Source: the human T2T-CHM13v2.0 reference genome, Homo sapiens
Length of the DNA stretch: 64,000 nt
Reading direction: 5' to 3' (one strand)
Assembly (NCBI RefSeq): GCF_009914755.1
Contig: NC_060943.1
This document shows positions 39,037-52,260 of this stretch, piece after piece. The translations under genes were made by a program, and so were the position numbers. The notes beneath the pieces are model-generated. The model saw only the letters and a list, made by a program, of their open reading frames with translations. It was not told the DNA's origin and ran no database searches. Numbering within the stretch: the stretch's first letter is position 1; every line of letters begins with the position of its first letter.

Positions 39037-39713
39037 TATTGATGGAAAAATCAAACTCCGTAAGGTATTTTTCAGAGGTTTATTCTGAGCCAGTATGAGT
39101 GACCATGGCCCCGGAAATGCAGTCTTAAGAGGCCCTGAGAGAGTGCGTCCGGGACAGTTGGATTACGGCTTAGTTTTGTACATTTCAGGCAGGCAGGAGT
39201 TGCGAGTGAAGACATGAATTAATACATGGAAGGTGTATTTTGGATCAGCCCCAAAAGGTGGAATATCTTGAAGCAGGGACTTATAGATCATCAGTGGACC
39301 TAGAGATTCTTTAATTTGCAACTGATTAAAGGAGTAGAGCTTTGTCTAAAAATTTGGAGTTAGCAGAGAAGAATGTTTTAAGTTAAGGAAGTTTGTTAAC
39401 CAAACTACTGGGTCAGAGTGACCTGTAGGGGTGCATGACTTACCCCTTGTCTGGCACAGCCTTAGGTCCTGTTTATAATTGGTATCCTATTGTCGCAAAG
39501 GGTCTGCTCTGTCAGTCTTCTGATCTCTATTTTAGCATGAATGCCAAGCAGTGGTTTTGTCTAAACTCCAAAAGGGAGGGAGTGTAACGAGGCGTGTCTG
39601 GCCTCCCTTCCTGTCATGGTCAGACACTCATTTTCTAAGATTTTTCTGGGGTCCCCTAGGCCAAGAAGAGGTACTCAGCTGGTAGGGGCTTAGGATTTTA
39701 TTTTCAGTTTACA
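39037..39713 (-). mobile_element. ERV1 MER4-family solo LTR
   Basis: 'gaggtttattctgagccagtatgagtgaccatggcc', ends 'ggggcttaggattttattttcagtttaca'. Confidence 0.82.
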
Positions 39714-39796
39714 GAGAGCTATTGATAGAAATGCCTCCATGACTCTGATGGCTTGAACGAGAATTCTCTCTCTTTCAGTCTCTTTCTCAACACTCA

Positions 39797-40240
<444 letters not shown>

Positions 40241-40579
40241 TCAGCTCAGGACAGCCTGGTCCTCACTCATCTGCAATGAAAGACTCTCATTCGTGGTGCT
40301 GGGGGAAGGATTTAACTGTAGAATGTTGAATGATCATGTGAATAAATTACATAGAGACCCAGAATACGTTATATGATGATCAGCCAACTTAATCAAGGAT
40401 GTTCTGTCCATGAGTAAAGTATTTGGAATTTGTAGTATTAAGAAGGGAGGGAAGTCCATGAGATGTGGCTGCAGTGAAGTGCTATATCATGTCCCTGGTT
40501 CTGCTTGTAACTGTGAAAGCTGCTGCTTTTTTTTTTTTTTTAACTTGCCTCCACAGAGAAAGTGAAAGCTCACTTGAGC

Positions 40580-40825
40580 ATGAACATAGCTCACAGTAGC
40601 CTCTAACTCCTGGGCTCAAGTAATCCTTCCACCTCAGCCTCCACAGCAGCTAGAACTATAGGTTTGTGCCACCATACCCAGCTAATTATTTTATTTTATT
40701 TTTTGTTGAGATGGGGCCTTGCCATGTTGCCCAGGCTGGTCTGGAACTTCTGGCCTCAAGCTATCCTCCTCCCGCCCTGGCCACTCACCGTGCTGAGATT
40801 ATGGGCATGAGCCACAGTACCTACT
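40580..40825 (-). mobile_element. Partial AluJ
   Basis: 'ctcctgggctcaagtaatcct', 'gttgcccaggctggtct'. Confidence 0.88.
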
Positions 40826-40985
40826 CAAAAGCTTCTTAAATCAGATCTGGGCTGGAACTGGACTCCAAAATGTGGGAACTAACACATGTTTTATCAGGCT
40901 GCCAGCTGAGGGGACTTTGCTGAATTTGTGGTCTCAAGACCCTGGGAGTGACAGCTCTCCTCCCTTCCCGCCCCCCACACACCAG

Positions 40986-41006
40986 ACACACACACACACG
41001 CACACA

Positions 41007-41039
<33 letters not shown>
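40986..41039. repeat. (CA)n microsatellite
   Basis: Direct inspection. Confidence 0.95.
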
Positions 41040-41042
<3 letters not shown>

Positions 41043-41924
41043 CACCAGTCAGGTATGCAGAGATGAGAAATGAGCTGAAGATCCCACCTGCTGAGGTCCT
41101 GAGACTCCTGGCCACACAGAACAATAGCTCCTATTCCCTGAGCACCTACTATGTGCCACACACAGCTCTAGGTGGCTTTGTAAAATGGCCCGTTGGTCAA
41201 ATTTACATAACAGGGATGTAGCACCTTCCCGCAGCTCATTTTCTAGAGAGGATGCCCCTCTTCCAGCCTGAGGAGCCGCTGTCAATGCCAGGGAGCTCTC
41301 CTCTAGTTGTAACCAAGTGGACGCTCATTCAGCCTGGGCCACTTACATTCTCTTTCTGGGGGATGGGGAACTGGGCTCAGAAATACATAGAGGCCATTGA
41401 GAGGCAGGCCCCAGCCACCCAAGCCTGGGCTGGTACTTGCAGATGGGAGCTCCAGGTTTCCTACCTACAGAGAGAGGAAAATGAACCAGCAAATGTACAG
41501 AGAGGATAAGGAATAGAGGAGGGTGCGGGATGGAGCTGTTGATCACCAAAGCTCCAGACAGATTCCAGCCCTCAGCTCCCAGCCTTCCTGAGAACCCACC
41601 TTCCCGTAGCTGCACTGACTCCATGGATGTTCTATTGTACTGGGTGCTGCTGGGGGCCAGGCCTTGTGGCCTTGTTCCAGGGCCCAGTGTGCAGTACTCC
41701 CTGTCCAGGGCACTTCCACTCTAATGGGCTCTGTGAGGCACGTCCATTCTTTTAAATAAATCTTTGTTTACTGGAGTGAGCCCAAGTAGATTTCTATTTC
41801 CTGCACCCAAGAGATGTGTCATGAGGACCAGGTTGGTATGGATTTTCTCAGTCTACAGAAGATGACTGGGAGGCTCCGAAGAGGCGAGAAGTGGCCCAAG
41901 GTCACCCAGACGCAGAGCTGGACA

Positions 41925-42400
<476 letters not shown>

Positions 42401-42599
42401 TTGAGCTGGATTTTGAAAGCAGCACATCATCTTGAAGCACACTCACTTCCCACAGGGCTGTCATTGCCTCGCAGGGGCTAAAAGAGTTCATTCTGCCAAA
42501 AGAGTTCGGGGCCCTGCACCCAGGGTAACCCCTGGGGTCAATAGCAGAAACCCCAAAGGGTGCTGGGAAAGCTCTGCTCATAGCAACACACCCTCCAGC

Positions 42600-42775
42600 G
42601 TGTTTTGAATGCTATATGATGTTGATTCCCACCACAGCCCTGCTGGAGCCACAGCACAGGTGTTACCTCGCTTTTACAGTTGGAGAAACCCTGAGCTTGG
42701 AGCAGCCAAGGGGCCTGGTGCAGGAGGGGCAGGACTCCACCCAAGACTCCTGACCTCTGCTCTTTTCACCGCCCA
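42600..42775 (-). mobile_element. MIR fragment
   Basis: 'cttttacagttggagaaaccctgagcttggag'. Confidence 0.65.
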
Positions 42776-42879
42776 GCAATACTTTAAATCTGCACCTACC
42801 TTTTACATCATCTCCTCTGATCCCTTCCCTCCTTGGGCTGTTTGCTATTTCTTCTTGGCCCAGTCTCCTCTACAAATTT

Positions 42880-43325
42880 GCCACCCAAATTCTCAAATAT
42901 TTTTCACCCCTTCCCAGTGAAGCCCCCATCTCCCCTAAAGTCAGCCTCCCCTTGTCTTCCTCACACACTCTCTTGAAACACACCACAAACCAACCACTGT
43001 GTTCTCCCCTCCCCTAAACCACTCTATCCAGGTGCATGGTACCCCATCAGTATCACCGTCTCCACCTAATGGCCAGGAGAAACCTGAAGTCAGCAGTGGC
43101 TTCAGTCTCTTTCTCTTTCTACGTCATTCACAACATGTCAGCATCACTGGCGAAGTTTCTGTCCAATCCAACCACTTCCATTGCTTCAATGTATCTCTGT
43201 CCTGTCTCAACTGGATGGCTGCAGTGGCCTCCGGAGAGGTCTTTCTGCTTCCTCCATTGTGGCTGAGTCTATTCTGTAAACAGCAGCCAGGGGCATCCCC
43301 GTGCATCCTTTGGATAAAAGCCAGG
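42880..43325 (+). mobile_element. L2 fragment
   Basis: 'catggtaccccatc', 'gaaacctgaagtca', 'ctgtctcaactgga...cagtggcctcc'. Confidence 0.6.
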
Positions 43326-43351
43326 CTGGCACCAGGTGCAGTGGAATCCCC

Positions 43352-43525
43352 AGGGTGATGTTCTCCCAAGACCAGCACAGGAGTGTCGGGAAAGCCTCAT
43401 GCTAAAATGCTGATTCCCGGCCCTGAGCCCATCCCTGCAAGTCAGAGTGGCTTAGGATGGGGTGGGAATTGCTGTTTAAGAAGGTCCCAGCTGATTTTTC
43501 CGCACGCCAAATGTTGAGGGCCATG
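43352..43525. mobile_element. MER5-like MITE
   Basis: 'aaaatgctgattcccggccc', 'tttaagaaggtcccagctgattttt...caaatgttgag'. Confidence 0.65.
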
Positions 43526-43987
43526 GAGGATTCTGACAGGCGAGGAGGAAGGGCTTTGGAAGGAAGGAGCCCTCGGTCCCTGCAGCCACTGAACAAAGTC
43601 AGAATCTAAGCTCCTGGGCTGGGGCTGAGAAGCAGCTGAGGGTCAGGAGCCCAGCATCGAACATCCGGCCCTACTACTGCCTGGACGTGCAGGCTCCAGC
43701 TGAAGGACTCTCTTCGAGAAACCCATGTTCCAAGTCACAAAACGAGATACTGACATCTGCCTGGCAGGGCTGCCGTGTGGATTAATACCTTTGCAGTTTA
43801 CCCAGTACTTAGCACAGGTGCTAAATGCCTCACAAATGTGGGCATTATGGTAATTAGTGATGTGTCTTCCCGAAAACATCAGTGATTTTCTGGTTGATGG
43901 ATTTACATAACTTGAAGGCCAGTGGGGCTTCCCTGTGGAATGTGCCTCGGATTCCCAAGGAACATTATTCTCCGTTACCCTCTCCTT

Positions 43988-45140
43988 ACACACACACCCC
44001 TAACACACATATGTACACATGTACCTGCACACATACACCCGCCTAACTCACATATGCACCTAGCACACATAGACACATGCACATTCACACATATACCCAC
44101 CTAACACACACCTAACACAAATATATACACATACACACGCCCACCTAACTCACACACACACTCCTAACACACATATATACACATACAGACATATACCCAC
44201 CTAACACACACACACCTAACACAAATATATACACATACATATGCCCGCCTAACACACACACACTCCTAACACACATATATACACATACAGACGTATACCC
44301 ACCTAACTCACACACACACCCCTAACACACATGTATACACATACACACATACACCCACCTGACTCTCACACACACACCTAACACACATATATACACATAC
44401 GCCCACCTAACACACACACCCCAGCACACATATATACACATACACACATATATACACATACACACCCATCTAACACACACACCCCTAACACACACCTGAC
44501 TCACACACACACACCTAACACACATATATACACATGCACACATACACCCACCTAACACACACACCCCTAACACACATACACACATATACACACACCCACC
44601 TAACACACACACACCCAACACACATATATGCACATACACACATACACCCACCTGACTCACACACACACCTAACACACATATACACATACACACATACACC
44701 CACCTAACACACACATACCTAACACACATATACACACATTCACACATACACCCACCTGACTCACACACACTCCTAACACACATATAGATACATACACACA
44801 TACACCCACCTAACTTACACACCCCTAACACACATATATACACATACACCCACCTGACTCACACACACACACCTAACACACATATATACACATACACACA
44901 CACCCACCTGACTCACACACACACACTTCACACACATATATACACATACACACATACACCCACCTAACACACACACACCTAACACACATATACACGTGCG
45001 CCCTCACACATACACCTGCCTAATTCACATGCACACTATTGGCACACATATATACACATATACCTGCACATACACACCCATCTAACTTACACATACACCT
45101 AGCACACACACATAGACACTCACACACCCCTCGATACACA
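43988..45140. repeat. CA/TA-rich minisatellite, ~50-bp degenerate unit
   Basis: Recurrent CCCACCTAAC(AC)nCCTAACACACATATATACACATACAC. Confidence 0.92.
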
Positions 45141-46599
45141 CCTATCCACGAGTCCCATCTCAGTCCCTGCGAGGCTCCTGCTGCGCCCAGCACCGTGTGT
45201 GGTAGGGAAGGACTTGGCAGGTGTCTGGAGTGGGAGGCGCTGGCCCGTGGTCTGGATGCCCAAGGCTGGCGCTCTGCTTCCCTCTCTTTAACTCCTCAGG
45301 GACTAGGAAATCCTTCCTTTCCCTTTCTGGGGTTTCCTAAGTGCTGTGAGTGGTGCCACCTACTTAGGAATCAGTTGATTTCATTCTTCTGACAATAGTT
45401 TGCTCCAGGTCAGTTTGGGACTGCAAATAAAAGATTTTCTTTATTTTTTGGCAGGGAGGGACATTCCACTTTTTAAATCAGCTTTCTGAAGCATGATCTC
45501 CATATAATCACCTAGAAGCGTACAGCACAATGATCTTGACAGATGCCAGCATCCTTGGAACCACTGCCACCACCAACGTCTCAAACCATTCCATCAAACC
45601 CAAAACACTCCTGGTGCCCTGAAGCGTCTCCCTTCAGTGGCAGAACCAGCAGAGATTCAGTGGTCACAAGGTGAGTGAGGCGGCCTGGGTCTGGCTCCTG
45701 GCCATTAATTTTAAATAATTTGCATTTAACTTTGAACCACCACACCTGGCCATATTGGATAGTGCAGGAGGAATAAACTCACTGGCACATCCTTCTGGGG
45801 CATCTACTGTGTGCCCCCCTCCAAGCGGAGTGTGTGGGAACAGAGAGCAGCATCCCTGCCACAGTGGGTGGCGGTCTGCTTGAGAGATATTTTATTTTCT
45901 TGAAACAAATAAAAAAGACAAAAGGATGCATGGTGTAAACACTGGTGGTCAGGCTAAAATCAAAAAACCATTAGTGGGCAACACAGCACAGAGTGGGCTC
46001 TGCCCAGGCCACATGTGTGCAGTGCCAGGGCTCGGCTTCAGACCCAGATGTCCACACCCAGCCCTGCCTATTACACAAAGGCGGACAGAGCTGTGGGCCA
46101 GCAGCTGGCAAAAGGCCTTGGGGCAACCAGAACTCTCCATCAGGGCATTGCAGCCTTTAAGAGAAGGTGGGAACTGCTGCATTTGCCCCGCCCTGGATCT
46201 CAGCCCAGGAAACCCACTGTCACAGAACAACAGTCTTAGGAGCTTTCTTATCGAGACAGTAGGAAGCTTTTAAACACATCAGTGGTGAACGCCAGGCGGG
46301 TCTCTGGAACTTTTTCATCTTGGAAAACTGAAACTCTCTACTCATTGAACACTGTACACTTGATTGAGAGCAAATTGTATGTGTTTTTGCCAGCCTCTTC
46401 CTGAAGGCGGACATTTGTCTTGATCTGTATTGGAATTCTTTATCTATGTTTAAATTTTGTATGAGATTGAATTCATGTGTATGTGAACTGAAATGAAATT
46501 AAAATGTCAAACTACAAAAAGGGGGATATTTTTATTTAAAAAGACAACAGTCATCCCATAATCATACCTTGTGCCCCCCTAGGCTGGCATGAGGCAATC

Positions 46600-46985
46600 C
46601 ACTATTTGTAAGCATAGACTTGGGGTCAAGGTCCGCATTCCACCTCTTCTTTAACTTCTCTCTAACTCAGTTTCCTCATAGAAAAATAAAAGCCCTGACT
46701 TCATAGGACCATGGTGATGATTTACTCAGTAAGGTACTCAGCACAACATCTGATGCAGAGTAAAAATTAATGCATGTCTAATGTTTACTATATTCCAGCC
46801 ACAATGTTAAGCTCTTCATACAAACATCAACCCTCCAAGGTGGATGTGATTATTAGTCCTACTCTCAGGATGAGAAAACTAAGGCATATGACTAAATTGC
46901 ACGGTGCTAATAAGTAATTGCACCGGGATTAACACTCAGGCACTCTGATTCCAGTGCTGTGTTTTTAACCATTAGAGTTAAGTGC
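46600..46985. mobile_element. Two MIRs, tail to tail (+ then -)
   Basis: + 'ctcagtttcctcatagaaaaa...cttcatagga'; - 'gatgagaaaactaaggca...tttaaccatta'. Confidence 0.7.
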
Positions 46986-47019
46986 CTGTATTTGTTTCCT
47001 AGGTCTGTGTAACAGGAAT

Positions 47020-47325
47020 TATTTATTTATTTATTTGAGTAAGGGTCTCACTTTTTTGCCCAGGTGGGAGAGCAGTTGTGTTATCCCAGCTCATGACAGC
47101 CTCAAACTCCTGGGCTCAACCAGTCCTTCTGCCTCAGCCTCCCAAGTAATTGGGATTACAGGGATGCGCCAGCACACCTGGCTTTTTTTTTTTTTCCAAT
47201 TATTTGTAAAAATGATATCTTGCTTTTTTGTGCAGGCTGGTCTGGAACTCCTGGGTGCAAGCGATCCTTCCACCTCGGCCTCCCAAAGTGCTGGGATTAG
47301 AGGCATAAGCCACCGTGCCCAGCCA
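47020..47325 (-). mobile_element. AluJ
   Basis: Full dimer in antisense. Confidence 0.92.
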
Positions 47326-47631
47326 GGAATGGATTTTCTCACAGTTCTCGATGGCGGAAGTCTGAGATCAAGGTCTTGGCAGGGCTAGGTCTCTCTGAGG
47401 CCTTTCTCCCCAGCTTATAGGTCGCCGCCTCCTCTCTCTGTCTTTCCTTGTCTTCCTTGTGTCCACAGTTGTGTCCAAATTCCCCTTTCTCATAAGGACG
47501 TCAGTCATGTTGGATTAGGGCCCTCCCTCCTGACCTTGTTTTAGCTTAATCTCTGCAACTTAACCCTTAACCTCAGTAAAGATCCTATTTCCAAATGTGT
47601 TCACATTCTGAGGTCCTGAGGATTAGGACTT

Positions 47632-48095
47632 TGAAAGGATTAAAACAGGCTCTTCTGGCATATTGACAATTTCAGCTAAAGACTCTTGAGAAACAGCAGG
47701 TGCAAAAAGATCACAGTGACCTCCATGCTGTACCTTGAGATGAAATTCCAATGCGAAAGATGCCCTCTCCACCCTAGAAGGGAAAGCAACATCCTTATCT
47801 TTGGGAGTGAAAAGTCCAAACTGAGAGCATACTGTGAGTACCTCATTAGCATCATTCCATTCTCTGAGCTTCCCCGCAGACTTCAGTTGCTTCTTCACAG
47901 CTCTGCTCTTTGTCCCGTCCAATCTCTGAGTAACTAACTCACTGCTTCTGCAGGTCTTCATTTCTGCAGGAGGGCTCCCATGCTACATAAATCCTGCATT
48001 ACACTTTTCTCCTGTTAGTCTATGTTATGTCCATTTAATTCTCAGGCCCAGCCGGGACCCTAAGAGGACAGAGGTGGAGTTTTTCCACCCCTACA
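47632..48095 (+). mobile_element. ERV1 solo LTR (MER34 family)
   Basis: 'ggcatattgac', 'ggtcttcatttctg...gggctcccatg', ends 'ttttccacccctaca'; perfect TSD ACTT. Confidence 0.8.
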
Positions 48096-49099
48096 ACTTT
48101 ACCCAATCACAATTCAATCCTAACAGTGCCTTTCTCTGGAGGGGCTCTGCCAGCATGAATTCCTTTACGGGTGGAAGCCTCACAGTCCAGTCTACCAGTG
48201 AGGTCCACATGGGATTGGCTGGAGGGAGCTACGAAGTCAAGCGGCGTCAGGTACAGAGAAACAAATCCCACATCCAAGGGCCAGGAGGCGGTAGAGCAAA
48301 CCACGCACAGCCGGGTGACTTAAGGGCAAGGAAGTCTTCCTGCAGGAGGTGAATTTGGCACAAGGGATATGTTTTTAGGCCCTGAGTGGAGGATCTGGGT
48401 TTCAAACTGGACTTTTGAAAAACACACTCTTATTGTAGAAGGGCCTGCGGGTTTGTTTTAATCACTTCTCAAAGCTACGCTAGGCATTCGCAGCTCAGGA
48501 TCCCCAGTTTAGCCTAATAAAAAAAAGTAATTACATCATATTACAGATAATTTGATTGTGTCTGAGACGATAATTGAGTTAAAACGCTTATTGTAACAGA
48601 CACATCAGATTGGCAAGGAGGAAGCTCGGCTTAAATACAAACAGTGTTGAGAGTGGAATTAAAGGATTGCCATTGCAGTTAATCCAATAGTAATTATTTT
48701 CTGAACATAAATTCCTGAGTAGTGAGGACACAATTATATCTACAAACAGTCATAAGAAAATAATTACTCCACGTTCCACCTGAAGCAACAGTCCATAAAA
48801 GCTCTGGTGCCGCTTTCCAGGAAGCCGGGCTCTTTCCATCAGAAACTCACGGCCGATGCCAGTACTGAGAAAAGGGCTCCCAAGCACTGCGGGACTCACC
48901 AGGCAGCTTATGACAGGCTTTCCAAGTGTGATTGCTCTGCCCGCGTGACACCCAGGCCCACCGTGTATATGACCACCCCAACAGGCCGACACTTAAGACA
49001 CCCCAGAGGATGACCACACACGTCTTTCGTTCACAGACTGCAGTCTCCAGCCTCACCCCCTGGGCCACCCACCCTCCCCCGCTGGACTGACAGCCTTCC

Positions 49100-50070
49100 C
49101 GTACCATCCAGAGGCCATGGCCTCCTTTGTCAACCCTCCCTTGTGAAGATCCTCATCTTCCTGCCATGCCTGCCCAGCCAGACTCTAGCCCTGCATCAGC
49201 CAGACCCACTGGTAGATGTCGGGGCGATCTCACACTCGGTCCTGGAGCTGCCCAGGAACCTCACTGTCCTCCTGTAATCTCCCTCGCTCTCCTTGGCCAC
49301 TTGCTCACCTGGTGAGCTTTCCCCTCTCCAAAGCGACTCCACCTCCTACTCCAGATCCTCTCCATCCCAATCCACAGAGGGCATGGGATAAAGGAGAAGC
49401 CCCAGACAGGAACTTCTTCAACTTCTGCCTCTGGCCCTCAAAGACGCCTGCAAACAGTGTCACCTGTAAAGCTCTTCTGCTTGGGTTTTGTCCTAAGGAG
49501 ATGCCTGTTCTCCTCCTCACTCAGGCTGGCTCCTCACAGTCTCCAATCCTGTCCCATCCTGACTCCTTTGCAAGCCTCCTATGTGGGCTTCGGTGCCCCC
49601 CACCTCGAAAGCTTACTCCCTCAACTCCACGGGCACCTCAGTCAAACTTCCGGAAGATCTCCCTCCTTGCTCAGGGCAGCCTCTTTGCACCCTAGCCTCT
49701 GTCTCAGCATCTGCTAGCATCGCTCTCGCAGCAGGAGCCGCCCTGCTCTGCTCACCAAGATGCTGCCAGTGTAGCTGGGCCGGAGCCCTGCACCGCGCTG
49801 GAGTCCCGCTGTCCCCAGAGCCCCGGCCCTGCTGTGTGCTGCTCCTCCGTTTCTCTGCAACTCCCTCCTGGGCCTCTGAGGTTCTTTCTTGTGGCTGCTC
49901 CATAAAACTTGGTGATGGCCAGTGTTCCACTTCTACCCCAGCCTCTTTGCTGCCACCTTATGGTATTCTCCCTGGTGATCAAATCCTCCCTGAGGTTTAA
50001 AATACACTGATGCCCCCAGTTCTGTATCTCCAGGCTGAATCTGCATCCTGAGCTCAGCTTGTCTGAATGC
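49100..50070 (+). mobile_element. Degenerate L2 fragments
   Basis: 'tttaaaatacactgatgcccccagttctgtatctccaggctga' and C-rich composition. Confidence 0.5.
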
Positions 50071-50101
50071 TGTGCCCACTGTGTTCTCTCCTGCGGGCTT
50101 G

Positions 50102-51705
50102 CTCTCTAGCTTTCTCTCTCTCTCCCTCTCTCTCTCACCCTCTCCCTCTCTCTCTTTCCTTCTCTCTCTCTCCCTCTCTCTCTTCTCTCTCTCCTCCTCT
50201 CCCTCTCTCTCTTCTCTCTCTTTCTTTCTCTCCCCTCCTTCTCTCTCTCTCTCCCTCTCTGTCTCTCCCCTCTCCCTCTCTCCCTCTCTCTCTCTCCTCC
50301 TCTCTTTTTCTGCCTCCTCCTCTTTATCTCCCTCTCCCTCTCCTCCTCTCTCTGTCTCTCCCTCTTTCTCTCTCTCTCTCTCCTTTTCTCTCTTCCCCCC
50401 TCCCTCTCTCTCCCTCTCTTCCACTCTCTCTCCTTCTCTCTCCCCCTCTCTCTCCCTCTCTCTCCCCCCCTCTCCCTCTCTCTCTCCTTCTCTCTCCTCT
50501 TCTTTCTCTCCTCCTCTCCCTCTCTCTCTGTTCTCTCTCTTTATTTCTCTCCCCTCCTTCTCCCTCTCTGTCTCTCCCCTCTCCCTCTCTCCCTCTCTCT
50601 CCTCCTCTCTTTTTCTGCCTCCTCCTCTTTATCTCCCTCTCTCTCTCCTCCTCTCTGTCTCTCCCTCTTTCTCTCCCTCTCTCTCTCTCCCTCTCCTTCT
50701 CTCTTCCTCTCTCTTGCTGTCTCTCTCCCTCTCTCTTTCACTTTCTATCTCCCTCTCTCTCTCCCTCCCTCTCTTTCCTCCTCTCTTCTGTCTCTCCCTC
50801 TTTCTCTCCCTCTCTCTCTCTCTCCCTTTCTCTCTTCCCCCTCTCTCCTTCTCTTTCCCTCTCTCTCTCCCTCTCTGTCTCCTTTTCTTTCTTCCCCCCT
50901 CCCTCTCTCCCTCTCTTCCCCTCTCTCTCCCCCCTTCCCTCTCTCTCTTCTTCTCTCTCTCTTCCCCCCTCTCCCTCTCTTTCCCTCTCTCTCTCCCTCT
51001 CTCTCTCCCTTTTCTCTCTTCCCCCCTCTCCTTCTCTTTGCCTCTCTCTCTCCCTCTCTCTCTCTCCTTTTCCCTCTTCCCCCTCTCTCCCTCTCTTTCC
51101 CTCTCTCTCTCTCCTCTCTCTCTCTCTCTTCTCTCTTCCCCCTCTCCCTCTTTCTCCCTCTCTTCCCTTCTCTCTCCTTCTCTCTCTTTCCTTCTCTCTC
51201 CCTCTGTTTCTCCTCTCCTCCTCCCTGTCCTTCTCTCTCCTCTCTCTCTCCTCTTCCTCTCTCTCTCCTCTTCCTCTCTCTCTCCTCTTCTCTTTTTCTC
51301 TCCCACTTTCTCTCTCTCTTCCTCTTTCTCTCTCCTTCTCTCTCTTTCCATCTCTCTTCCTTTCTCTCTCTCTCCCTCTCTCTCCTCCTTTCTCTCTCTC
51401 CCCTATCTCTCCCTTTTTCTCTCTCTCTCCCTCTCTTTCCCTTTCTCTCCCTCTGTCTCTCCTCTCCCCCTCTCCCTCTCTCTCTCCCCTGCTCTTCTTC
51501 TCTCTCCTCGCTCTCCTCCTCTTTCTCTCTCTCCCCATCTCTTTCCCTCTTTCTCGCCTCTCCTCTCTTTCTGTCCCTCTCTTTCTCCCTTTCTCCTCCT
51601 CTTCCTCTCTCTCCCTCTCTTTTCCTCTCTGTCTCTCCTTCTCTCTCTCCCTTTCTTTCCCTCTCTCTCTCTCTCTCCTTCTCTCTCACTCTCTCTCTCT
51701 CCCCC
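50102..51705. repeat. ~1.6-kb (CT)-rich polypyrimidine tract
   Basis: Near-continuous C/T with rare G/A. Confidence 0.97.
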
Positions 51706-51739
51706 CACCCCCACCAATTTTCTTCTGACATTTTCTAAT

Positions 51740-52260
51740 CTGAGGTTGCGTTACTCCACGTGCCTGGAGAAGACGATGGCAACATAGGATTCTGCATGTA
51801 AGGATTTTCCTAAGGGAAACAGGGTTGGAAGAAAATGGAGGGAAAGTGGGAAAAGCCTGGAGAATCATCAAAAGGAGGTGCAAACCTGACCCTAAATGAA
51901 GGGAAGTGGGAGGGAAGCTTGGGTGGGAGCCACCTAGACCATGGTACAGTCTAGGGAACGTCCACCAAGGCTGTAAGGGAAGCCTCCAGCCAAAATCAAC
52001 CAGCAGAGTGGTGCCTTCTCCCAGTCTGCCAGGGCTTGCCTGTCTTGGGAGCCCTGCCTGGCTCAGACATGGGCTGGGAGCAGCTCCTGGGAAGCTTTGG
52101 TGTAAACGCTGCTCAGAGCACAGAAGCTTGGTCCAGATCCCTGACGTTGGAGATCTGTCAGGCGCATTCCCAGGTCACAGTAGCGAACCAGCCCCACTGA
52201 CACGGGATGCTTCCTGCAGGGCTCCCTGGACACACATTCACCCCCAGTGCTGAATCCAAC
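51740..52260 (-). mobile_element. Old ERVL LTR (LTR40-like)
   Basis: 'gcaaacctgaccctaaatgaaggga...gggtgggagc', 'gggaagcctccagccaaa', 'ggctgggagcagc'. Confidence 0.55.

Larger units (their letters stand above)
46987..48125 (-). mobile_element. MLT1 (MLT1A/B-like) MaLR LTR, interrupted by AluJ and a MER34-like LTR
   Basis: 'tgtatttgtttcctagg...ctcacagttct...gaagtctgagatcaagg...acaattcaatcctaaca'; perfect TSD GTGCC. Confidence 0.88.

Noticed and set aside
43988-45140. Interstitial telomeric repeat
   Set aside because: CCTAA words are isolated within CA runs; there is no tandem (CCCTAA)n.
50067-51787. 553-aa and 571-aa ORFs and antisense Arg/Glu-rich ORFs
   Set aside because: Translations of a CT tract that cannot contain stop codons; they give Leu/Ser/Pro or Arg/Glu/Gly low complexity only.
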